A DNA stretch of 64,000 nt. Source: a virus. Lineage: Duplodnaviria > Caudoviricetes. The notes under the pieces are model-generated. The model was given only the letters and a program-made list of their open reading frames with translations. It was not told the DNA's origin and ran no database searches. The translations under genes and the position numbers were made by a program. How positions within the stretch are numbered: position 1 is the stretch's first letter; every line of letters begins with the position of its first letter. Positions 42,812-51,409 of this stretch are shown one piece after another. Where the stretch lies: the IMG/VR virus record IMGVR_UViG_3300028886_000051. One strand, written 5' to 3'.

Positions 42812-42884
42812 CTGGGCTAGTTGGATTCGAACCAACGTAATGCAGGAGTCAAAGTCCTGTGCCTTACCGCTTGGCGATAGCCCA
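42812..42884 (-). tRNA. tRNA-Gln(TTG)
   Basis: TGGGCTATCGCCAAGCGGTAAGGCACAGGACTTTGACTCCTG...TTCGAATCC, a canonical cloverleaf. Confidence 0.95.
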
Positions 42885-43135
42885 AAATAGTATCAGTATA
42901 AAGCACTAACTAGCTGATATTGCACTGTACACATGCAGTTATTTAGAATATGGTCGCTTATCCGCAACCTAATTCATGCTTCCTAATTATTCTCCACATA
43001 TTTTAGGTCTTGGGAGCAAAGACCGATTGATAAGATTTAATGGCTCTTATCCGTCAATTAAAGGCTCTCATTAACGTAGAGAAGCACAAAACCCATTTCT
43101 CCTAAAACATCCAACTGATTTATGTCTGTTGGCAG

Positions 43136-44446
43136 GTGAACTACCACGAAGCTAAAGCTTCGATGGCTTCTTGTTTCTTCGTCCTCGTAACCTACTAACT
43201 CCACAAGCGTAAATTCCGACAATTCCTGCCGTACTAAAATTGTTACTAAGCTACTTACAATATTCTTAAACCTTCATTGAGAATATTCTTTGCAGCATTA
43301 ACATCTCTGTCATGAACAGTACCACATTGAGGACAAATCCATTCTCTTACGGATAAATCCTTTGTGCCTGAATTAACATAACCACAACAGTTACAAGTCT
43401 GAGATGAAGCATAGAATCTATCAACTTTAATATATTGACGATTATTCCATTCTGCTTTATAACTTAATTGTCTTGTTAATTCATACCATCCACAATCTGA
43501 AATTGCCTTGGCAAGATTATGATTCTTTACCATATTAGATACTGCCAAATCCTCACTTACGATTACTTGGTTTTCGCTAATCAACTTATGAGAGATTTTA
43601 TGTAGATTATCAATTCTGGTATTATGAATCTTTTCATGTATTCTTGCTACTTTTATTCTCTGTTTATTCCAATTCTTACTACCTTTTACTTTATGAAACA
43701 ATTTTCGTTGTTCCTTTGCTAATTTATCTTGATATTTCTTGGTAGTATGTATATTGTCAAACTTTTCTCCATCAGAGGTGATAAGTAAATCTTTAATGCC
43801 TAAATCAATACCAACCATTCTGCCAGTAGATTCCATTGAAATATGTTCTATTTCTACTAAAACAGATACAAAATATTTTCCAGATGGAACTTGTGAGATA
43901 GTAGCAGATTTAATCTTACCTATGAACTCACGATGTATTTTTGCTTTAACCCATTTGAGTTTTGGTAATTTAATTTCATTATTCTCAAAAGATATTTCGA
44001 TGTTTCCATTTGTAAAATTAGTTGAGTATGACTTTTTATTATTATGTTTACTTTTAAATTTGGGATATCCAGAATGTTCTTTGAAGAACTTCTGATATGC
44101 AGAATCCATATTGTAAATTGCATTCGTGAGAGCAAATTTATCTACTTCTTTTAACCATTCGTACTCCTTTTTGAGAATTTGATTACAATAATTATTACAA
44201 GAAGTTTTATTCATAGATTCTTTTTGTGTTTCATACATTTCTTTTCTATGAGATAGCGTTTGATTATATACAAACCTACAACATCCAAATGTTTTCTGAA
44301 TTTGTTCTTCTTGCTGTTTATTTGGATATAATCTGTATTTATAGGCTTTTAACATTTACTTATCACCTCCTCTAATGTATATTCTATGTTTTGTACGGCT
44401 CTTTACCCATCAGCTAAAGCTAATGGGATTGCGAGCCTATTTTATT
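43136..44446 (-). mobile_element. Non-autonomous IS200/IS605-family (IS1341-type) element
   Basis: Left end follows TTGAA, with guide CAAT at +16..+19 and hairpin CCCATTAGCTTTAGCTGATGGG. Right end has guide GAAG, hairpin CCATCGAAGCTTTAGCTTCGTGG and terminal TTCAC. Both fit IS608-type guide/cleavage pairing. No tnpA. Confidence 0.85.
43255..44355 (-). CDS. tnpB: TnpB RNA-guided endonuclease
   Basis: KAYKYRLYP N-terminus, RuvC motifs GIDLG / SEDL / DRDVNAA, and CxxC-CxxC Zn finger, all intact. Confidence 0.95.
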   Translation of the reverse strand: MLKAYKYRLYPNKQQEEQIQKTFGCCRFVYNQTLSHRKEMYETQKESMNKTSCNNYCNQILKKEYEWLKEVDKFALTNAIYNMDSAYQKFFKEHSGYPKFKSKHNNKKSYSTNFTNGNIEISFENNEIKLPKLKWVKAKIHREFIGKIKSATISQVPSGKYFVSVLVEIEHISMESTGRMVGIDLGIKDLLITSDGEKFDNIHTTKKYQDKLAKEQRKLFHKVKGSKNWNKQRIKVARIHEKIHNTRIDNLHKISHKLISENQVIVSEDLAVSNMVKNHNLAKAISDCGWYELTRQLSYKAEWNNRQYIKVDRFYASSQTCNCCGYVNSGTKDLSVREWICPQCGTVHDRDVNAAKNILNEGLRIL

Positions 44447-44978
44447 TTCAAAACTCTCGATTTGGATTTTGCCACGAAAATTACATAAAATTCGTTGCAG
44501 AGTTTGGTAGAAGATAAGATATACTGCATTAAGGTTTCGTGCGCACTAGAGTCGTTATATAGTCGGCTCTACCAAAATGCAGTAGTAGGACTTACAATGC
44601 TATATGAATAGCAAATGCCAAGATATTTTAATATTCTCTGTTTGGTAGGTTTTTGCTGGTAGAGAAACACCAACGGATTATAGCACCACATAACTCTTGC
44701 TTGTGCACTAAGCTGTAACAGGATACCTCACCTACAATGTTCTACATTGACTCAATACATATTCTGACCGTGTATTTCGGTATATATTTATTCTCTTATT
44801 TTTGGAATATTTTGACAGAAAATGTCATATAATATATAATAGAAAGGACAAGCGATTATTCAACATCTTGTTTTGGCTAGAATGAGATAGTAAAAGGCGG
44901 TTTATGAGTCACGTCAGAATAGTGATATTCTGTTTATCTTATAGATACCCTTGCTAAGAAAGGAGGGTGATATACGAA

Positions 44979-45101
44979 GTGACAATAGTTGTTGAATTTA
45001 TTATTGGAATTATTGGCAGAATTGTAAGTAGTGTATTTGCTACATACTTAGTACGCCTCTTAGATAAATTTACACACAAAAATAACCGCCACGAGAAGTA
45101 A
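44979..45101 (+). CDS. Type I toxin-like hydrophobic peptide, 40 aa
   Basis: TTGACA-17-TATAAT at 44812-44840, AAGGAGGG RBS, GTG start: MTIVVEFIIGIIGRIVSSVFATYLVRLLDKFTHKNNRHEK* (transmembrane helix plus basic tail). Confidence 0.75.
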   Translation: MTIVVEFIIGIIGRIVSSVFATYLVRLLDKFTHKNNRHEK

Positions 45102-45203
45102 AGCGGTTAAATTTGTGTTAATTATTTTATTCGAAATATATTAGCCATAACCTACCAAATTATGACTCTAAACCGTCTAACGGATAATTGCTTGTTTTCT
45201 TGA
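45075..45203 (-). ncRNA. Putative antisense antitoxin RNA
   Basis: Convergent TTGCAC-17-TACAAT promoter (~45237-45209). Hairpin TAACCGC/GCGGTTA at 45083-45109 with a U-tract on the minus strand, overlapping the toxin 3' end. Confidence 0.6.
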
Positions 45204-45326
45204 TTTGTATTGTAACACATAATATTGTGTCGTGCAAGAGGGAATTAGACGAAAGCTTAGACGAAAGCTTCATCGGCATCCTCAGTATCTTCACGAATGA
45301 CATACATCTGAGTTGTTTCGGAAGGA

Positions 45327-46355
45327 TTATTTATTCTCTTCGTCAGCAACATCAGAATTTTTGCTTCTTAGAGCGTTGATTTTATTCATAACCTCTGCTT
45401 TAGTCTGCTTACGGCAGTAAAATTCCCTAGTTGTTTCAGTGGATCGATGATTGGCAAGCTCGGCTGCTAACGCTAAATCGCCAGTTTCCTCATATACAAG
45501 ATTCAGCCTAGTCTTACGTTGGCAATGAGGTCTATAGTCAGAAATTCCAATGATTTCTCCATATTTCTTCATTCTATCTCTGATTGCACTGTCACCCATA
45601 GGTTTATATTCTCCATTGTATTTTGTAATTAATAATGAATCACATTCCAAGTGGTCATAATCATTCTTTCTCATTTCAAGCCATTCTTGAATAAGTTCTT
45701 TTGCAACATCTCCGAAAACTACCTGTGTACGGTATCCTTCCTTCTCCCTTATATCTACGAACATGTTATTCTCTAAATCAAGTTTAGATAGTTGCAACCT
45801 TAACAACGCACCAATTCTATTTGCTGAGTCAAAACTTACCTCAAATAAAATTTGATCCTGAATTGAATACTTATCATTTTCAGATAATTCTCTACGGATT
45901 GTCTGAACTTGTTCTTCTGTAAGGAAGTAAGAGTTCAAAATATGTTCCTCATTAGCTTTCTTCATTCTATCAAGTTTACCGTCAAAGGGATGATACTTAA
46001 CGAAACCACGCTTCATAGACCAAATATAGAATGAACTAACAGCAGAGATTTTCATGTTGATAATCTTTTTATGATTCAGAAGTGTTTCTTGACAGAACAT
46101 AATATAGTTCTCCATAATATCAACGGCATTCTCCATAAACTCATCTGAATATAAATCTAAATCACCATAGTTTTCGCCTAACCACATAAGAAAATGACGA
46201 AACAATCCTTCATATCTTTTATATGTAGTGTCTTTAACATCCTGATTTTTAATAATATTTGATTGGAGATATTTCTTATATTTCTTCAAGTTATCAGGAT
46301 TTATAAATTTCTCCTTATCCTTAGTAAAATATTTTACCCTTGTTACATGTGCCAT
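45327..46355 (-). CDS. Tyrosine recombinase / integrase
   Basis: Catalytic R (NRIGAL), H-x-x-R (HCQR), and H...Y (NHRSTETTREFY). Confidence 0.9.
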   Translation of the reverse strand: MAHVTRVKYFTKDKEKFINPDNLKKYKKYLQSNIIKNQDVKDTTYKRYEGLFRHFLMWLGENYGDLDLYSDEFMENAVDIMENYIMFCQETLLNHKKIINMKISAVSSFYIWSMKRGFVKYHPFDGKLDRMKKANEEHILNSYFLTEEQVQTIRRELSENDKYSIQDQILFEVSFDSANRIGALLRLQLSKLDLENNMFVDIREKEGYRTQVVFGDVAKELIQEWLEMRKNDYDHLECDSLLITKYNGEYKPMGDSAIRDRMKKYGEIIGISDYRPHCQRKTRLNLVYEETGDLALAAELANHRSTETTREFYCRKQTKAEVMNKINALRSKNSDVADEENK

Positions 46356-46409
46356 TTTCTCACTTCCTTTCATAACAAAAGAAGCAGTAGTATTATTAAC
46401 TAACTGCTT

Positions 46410-47810
46410 CTAAGCGACATTTTCTATATTTAAAAAATCAAATATTTCTTCCATAGTTTTTGTTCTTAAATCATCTCTTTTAATAATCTTATAATTTAAA
46501 TGATTTTCCTTAAACAATTTTTCTTTATATCTTATCTTGAAAAAATATATCTGTTCTTCACGACTTCTAAGTTTAGAAAAATCATATGTATTTATAAAAC
46601 CAGCCATTTCAACATACCAAACAGTTCCATCTGCAAGAGTAAATCTATAATCACAATTCATTTTCCCTTTATAATTAGTAGTGAAATCTACATAAGGTAT
46701 ATCTCTATCATATTTTATACCTTTAAATTTTAACCATGTGGATATATCATATTCGCAACTACTGTCACATCTTTCACCATCATCCATATAAAATTCTGGT
46801 CTTCTACAATTCGGTTTAAATCCATAATGAATACAAGTTTCAGCCCAACTTCCAAATCTTTGTTGATAAACCCAAAATGAAGGTCTTCCAGTTTTATTAA
46901 AATCCTGTATTGTTGGGACTCTATCATATTCGTTAACAAAATCCATAAATGCTTTATCTAACTCAGATTCTTTATATTCAGCTTTCTGATTTATTTTAAG
47001 ACCAAGTGATTCTAAACAATTATTATATCCACCAAAATATTTTTTGAAATAATTTTTAAGTTCAGTTCCATAATATTTATTTATATCACGTATTCCAGGA
47101 ATTTTATTATATTTTTCAATGTATTCAAATATTATATTCTGAAGGAATTCCGCATTATCATGCTTTAATACATAATCATCATTTTCATTTAAAACATAAT
47201 TTTTTGCATATTCTTTTTCATCAAATCCACACTCATGTAAAACATTTTTCCAACTACCAAATTTGTTATTATATGTCTTTCTATTTGGCATACCGTATTC
47301 TTTGCCATGAGTATCAATAAATTTAGCACTTGGGATAAACCCATTTTCACTTACAAAATTTTTGACTGCTTCAATTAACTCTTCCTTAGAATATGAATGA
47401 CCTCTATATGTACCAGTTTCTTCAAATCCTAATTCCTTGTTCATTTTATTAAAACTGCCAAAATAATATAGTATGTCACTTTTTTTAACCTGTTTATTAT
47501 TTTCAAAATCAGAAAGTTTAATGTTTCTTCCCAATTGTTCTCTTAATTTAATTGCATATTCACATACTTGTTCTTTAGTAGGACGTTCTCTATAATATGC
47601 TTCTTCTCCAAGATATTTTAGAAAATCTGAAAATGTACTTATATTCAAATCATCTGGTGCATTTCCAGGATACCAACTCCAACATTTTAATCCCATAAAT
47701 CCATACTTTAACATTGTACAAGTAATTGTTTTTTCTAATTGTTTGCAAGCAGATTTATATTTTTCTACTTCGTCATACCATATTTTTTCATCGACTTTGT
47801 TTCTTCTCAT
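46410..47810 (-). CDS. Putative free-standing homing endonuclease (repeated DNA-binding modules plus C-terminal PD-(D/E)xK domain)
   Basis: Repeated F......P.......Y...FGSW modules, then DSSCE...CDYRF...YVEMAG. Confidence 0.7.
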   Translation of the reverse strand: MRRNKVDEKIWYDEVEKYKSACKQLEKTITCTMLKYGFMGLKCWSWYPGNAPDDLNISTFSDFLKYLGEEAYYRERPTKEQVCEYAIKLREQLGRNIKLSDFENNKQVKKSDILYYFGSFNKMNKELGFEETGTYRGHSYSKEELIEAVKNFVSENGFIPSAKFIDTHGKEYGMPNRKTYNNKFGSWKNVLHECGFDEKEYAKNYVLNENDDYVLKHDNAEFLQNIIFEYIEKYNKIPGIRDINKYYGTELKNYFKKYFGGYNNCLESLGLKINQKAEYKESELDKAFMDFVNEYDRVPTIQDFNKTGRPSFWVYQQRFGSWAETCIHYGFKPNCRRPEFYMDDGERCDSSCEYDISTWLKFKGIKYDRDIPYVDFTTNYKGKMNCDYRFTLADGTVWYVEMAGFINTYDFSKLRSREEQIYFFKIRYKEKLFKENHLNYKIIKRDDLRTKTMEEIFDFLNIENVA

Positions 47811-48159
47811 AAATTTTTCCTACACTTTCCCCTACACATACAATAAAAATAGAACAGTAGAAGAGGTGTGTAGGTTGCCTCATATACTTGGTAGCTACTC
47901 CAAGTACCTACTGTTCCATAAATCCCATAATCAGCTATGACACCAATCATGAGCACCTATATTTATATTCTCCGTTTCCATTCACAGAAACATCGAATTA
48001 GTGGACGACTGAGGTTACGATCCTCACAAAGACCAATCTCGCCCATACAAAAAGAGTGTGCAGCATACATCACACACTCTTAATGAGACAAAAATGGCAG
48101 ATTAACTTCTTATAAGACTTTAATAAGCCAACTTTGTCTATTTACATTTTTCAAATATT

Positions 48160-48765
48160 CTACCAACCAAGCAAATCTTTCCATTTTTTCATTTCATCAA
48201 TAAAATCTGAATAATCATTTAAGACAATTCCCATGTGTTTCTGAAATTTTGCCTCGACATTGGCAAGTTTGTCATAATATTCTTTTTCAGAAACTTCCTT
48301 GCCATTAACCTTGTAAGTAGCAGAAGAAGTAGTAGTCATATCATGATAATCACAATTTTCGCAATCGTAATCAAAGTCACCAATTTCTACTTCATATACC
48401 TCATCAGCTTCAATCTTTGGAACAATCTTAGAATTGCAATCATTAAAAATATATACGACATCAGCTTCAACAAAGATATAACCATCTTTTCGCTTTACAG
48501 GTTCACACCAAATTTCGTCATCTAATAAGCTGATAACGAAAGCGTCATCATAATCATCCCATTCAGGATCACCAAACCCATTAATAGATGCAATACCATA
48601 TCCAATTCCAATAAGTTCACGAATAATTTCTTTTGCATCTTCATATTTAGCAATAACATCTACTGAATTATATTTATCATCAGATTTTACTCTGTCATAA
48701 GCATCTGAAACAGTACAAGCAAAATCCTCATAGTCTTCAAAATGTAATGTTTTTATAATAATCAC
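48160..48765 (-). CDS. Hypothetical acidic protein
   Basis: 201-aa ORF after HU. Confidence 0.65.
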   Translation of the reverse strand: MIIIKTLHFEDYEDFACTVSDAYDRVKSDDKYNSVDVIAKYEDAKEIIRELIGIGYGIASINGFGDPEWDDYDDAFVISLLDDEIWCEPVKRKDGYIFVEADVVYIFNDCNSKIVPKIEADEVYEVEIGDFDYDCENCDYHDMTTTSSATYKVNGKEVSEKEYYDKLANVEAKFQKHMGIVLNDYSDFIDEMKKWKDLLGW

Positions 48766-48776
48766 ATCCCTTCAGA

Positions 48777-49082
48777 TTAAGCGAGAGTCTTTACTGACTT
48801 AGAAATAGTAAACTTAATTTCATCATGTTCAGGTACAGTCCAAGCCTTACCACCTGCAAGAGCAGCTACACCAGACTTTTCATTTACATGTTTTACTGAG
48901 AATGTTCCAACTCCAGGAAGTGTAACCTTTTCAGTTTTGTCGTTAGTAAGATTTTCAATAACACAATCAACATAAGCCTTAATAACCGCTTCAACTTCCT
49001 TCTTTGTAAATTTCTTACCCTCTGTAGCAACAATATCTGTAGCTCTTTCTGCAACTTCCTTAATCATTAAATCCTTTGTCAT
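48777..49082 (-). CDS. hup: HU-family DNA-binding protein
   Basis: MTKDLMIKEVAE...KVTLPGVGTFSVK...VPEH..IKF..SK. Confidence 0.85.
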   Translation of the reverse strand: MTKDLMIKEVAERATDIVATEGKKFTKKEVEAVIKAYVDCVIENLTNDKTEKVTLPGVGTFSVKHVNEKSGVAALAGGKAWTVPEHDEIKFTISKSVKTLA

Positions 49083-49261
49083 AATTTTTAAATTCCTTTC
49101 TTTCCTTAAAATTTTTTATATTTTTGGCAATTTTTGATTTTATTGCCGAAATTGTAATAATAATGGCTTCGTCAGCCAAAAATAATATATTAATTGTAGC
49201 TGTGAATATCTGCTTCCACAATTACTCCAAACTGAGCCGAACAGTGGACTACAATTATTAT

Positions 49262-50476
49262 TTAATTTAAATCTACATTATAATCACATACAACGCCTTT
49301 GCTATTACATACCAATACAGTTTGTGATGGTTTACCAGACATTCTATGTGATACAGTGTGGTCATCGCCAGAACCAGGCATTGAACCAGACTGATATACA
49401 CGAATGCCATTAAATTCGTTCATAGCAGGTGTGTGTCTGTGTCCACAAACAATATATTCAGGGCAGAACCCTAACATAGTAACTAAATTACCAATGCCGG
49501 TTTTATTAATTGAATCCATATCACCATGAATTAATAAGTAATTTTTACCTTCTATATTGGCTTCAGCGATAGTGTCATCAAACCTTCTGTGTGTCATATC
49601 TCTAAAATTATCAATGTGAGATAGCAGTTTACAAACTGACCATGCAATTAAATTATCCAATCTTTCATTTCTAAGAGTCAAATCCTTATTTGGATTAAGC
49701 CTTGAATGATTTCCGCTTACATCATAAAAGAATACGTTTTCAAAATGCTTAGTTAGTTCATAAGCAAATGAAGAAATTAAATCAATTGCTGTTTTAACCT
49801 GTTCAATAACATTTTCTTTGTTTGTAATCTGAATCGTAGTATGAATTGCGCCACTAATCTGATCTCCGATGCTGCAAAGATGAATATTTTTAGCATTATG
49901 TAATTTACCAATACGAATAATTTCATTTAAATATTCATTTAATCTATTAGCCGCAATATCAGAATTATAAGAACCCCAATAAGAATCAAAAGTTTGTCCT
50001 ATATGTAAATCTGATAGACACACAAGAAGAGAAGTGTCACCATTTATATTTGGTAAATCATGAATCTCAAATTCTGTTTTCCCAACAGTAGGCAATAAAT
50101 CCTCAATTAATTGCATCGTTTCGTCAATTCGAGAATCCGCATAATTTTGTTTATTCCATGCATTACGATTATCTCTAAATTTAATTGTATTTCTTTGCAA
50201 TTCACGATTTAATACATCAAGTTTCTTTTGATATTCCTCAGATTCCATTTTGGAAAAGCAACCATCATAGAACTTCTTAGCACTCTGATAGCGTTTTCGC
50301 CAAGCCGATTCTGTCCTATATTTTTCTTCATCATCACCTAGAATTTCTCTATTAACAGTTTGATTAACTGATTCCCAACTTTCGATTTCACCAGAATCAA
50401 CCAATTGACCAATTCTCCAAAGATATTGTTCCTCTGTCTCTGTAGGTTTTTTAGATAAATCTATTATAGTATTCAC
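49262..50476 (-). CDS. Metallophosphoesterase-domain protein
   Basis: Motifs SDLHIG, GD, GNH, HGD and GHRH. Confidence 0.85.
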   Translation of the reverse strand: MNTIIDLSKKPTETEEQYLWRIGQLVDSGEIESWESVNQTVNREILGDDEEKYRTESAWRKRYQSAKKFYDGCFSKMESEEYQKKLDVLNRELQRNTIKFRDNRNAWNKQNYADSRIDETMQLIEDLLPTVGKTEFEIHDLPNINGDTSLLVCLSDLHIGQTFDSYWGSYNSDIAANRLNEYLNEIIRIGKLHNAKNIHLCSIGDQISGAIHTTIQITNKENVIEQVKTAIDLISSFAYELTKHFENVFFYDVSGNHSRLNPNKDLTLRNERLDNLIAWSVCKLLSHIDNFRDMTHRRFDDTIAEANIEGKNYLLIHGDMDSINKTGIGNLVTMLGFCPEYIVCGHRHTPAMNEFNGIRVYQSGSMPGSGDDHTVSHRMSGKPSQTVLVCNSKGVVCDYNVDLN

Positions 50477-50486
50477 CTACTCTCTA

Positions 50487-50687
50487 TTAAGCCTCTGTAG
50501 GCTCGTCAAGATCTTCCTCATCCTTGACTTTTATATTAATCTCAATAGCACCACCATTGAAATCTGAGAGAAGTGTAGAAAGCTTTTTCTCCTCGCCATC
50601 CACATCAACTGTCATATTATCAGCATCAAGAATTCCTGCTACTTTCATAGCAGTAGTTGTAATTTTCTTATAAGCAAAATTTGCCAT
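50487..50687 (-). CDS. Small acidic protein (YonK-like)
   Basis: 66 aa upstream of the phosphoesterase, as in the SPbeta-like gene order. Confidence 0.55.
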   Translation of the reverse strand: MANFAYKKITTTAMKVAGILDADNMTVDVDGEEKKLSTLLSDFNGGAIEINIKVKDEEDLDEPTEA

Positions 50688-50736
50688 TTTTCAATCTCCT
50701 TTTTCTCCAATAAAATAGGAGAGCAGTACGCCCTCC

Positions 50737-51384
50737 TTAAATAATTTCATCTAAACTTGTTATATATCCATCTGCAACACCAAGTTCAATTGCCTCTTTT
50801 GCAGACAAGTACCAATCTGTAGAAAAGTGTTCTTCGAACACATCATTAGGGATCTTAGTTCTTGATAATACAAAATTACCAAGTTCTTCAATTTGTCTCT
50901 GATAATTCAGAATAGCTGCAACAACCTCATCATAATTACCTGAAAATTGACCAGCTCCTTTGTGAATAAGAAATTCGGCAGTTGGGAATGTGTATCTCTT
51001 ATGACAAGCAAGATATATAAAACATCCACTTGATGCAGCCATACCTACATTTATTCCAACTACAGGAGTTTCACTAAGCTGAATTGTATCTACGAGACAG
51101 TTATTTACTTCTAAATCACCACCCGGACTGAAGAATATAACCTTAATTGGATTTCGAGAACCTTTTGGTATATTTTTCTGTTTATCTTCAAAATTCCATT
51201 GCATAATCATCTTTGCATATTCCAATGTCATTGTTGTTATTTCATCATCAATCCAAAGAATTCTATTTTCATAATTCTTATAAAATTGTAACAATGATGG
51301 ATCTGGTAACTGTAAATTCTCTGCATTCTGTGGAATAGCAATATCTAAATATGCAGTTTCTAATTTCCTTTTGTTCATAGGCAT
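50737..51384 (-). CDS. clpP: ClpP-family protease subunit
   Basis: Motifs SPGG, GMAASSG, FLIH and DWYLSAKEAIELGVAD. Confidence 0.88.
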   Translation of the reverse strand: MPMNKRKLETAYLDIAIPQNAENLQLPDPSLLQFYKNYENRILWIDDEITTMTLEYAKMIMQWNFEDKQKNIPKGSRNPIKVIFFSPGGDLEVNNCLVDTIQLSETPVVGINVGMAASSGCFIYLACHKRYTFPTAEFLIHKGAGQFSGNYDEVVAAILNYQRQIEELGNFVLSRTKIPNDVFEEHFSTDWYLSAKEAIELGVADGYITSLDEII

Positions 51385-51409
51385 TTAGCCTCCAATTTCG
51401 TAATATTTT

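Larger units (their letters stand above)
42890..44780 (-). ncRNA. ROOL-like large ncRNA (~580 nt), interrupted by a tnpB element (halves ~44780-44447 and 43135-42890)
   Basis: ORF-free, hairpin-rich flanks on both sides of the IS. 5' GUAUUGAGU pairs with 3' GCUUUAUAC across the insertion. Motifs CAAUGUAG, GGUAGAGCCGA..ACGACU and AUUCUAAAUAAC recalled from ROOL. Adjacent to tRNAs. Confidence 0.65.

Noticed and set aside
43136-44446. IStron (IS fused to a group I intron) that could splice out of the ROOL-like RNA
   Set aside because: Only ~90 nt lie between the left end and the tnpB start, with no P/Q/R/S motifs.
45240-45325. Hammerhead or other self-cleaving ribozyme (CGAUGA and GAAAC words)
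   Set aside because: The required stems could not be built, and the sequence is better explained as a recombinase C-terminal remnant.
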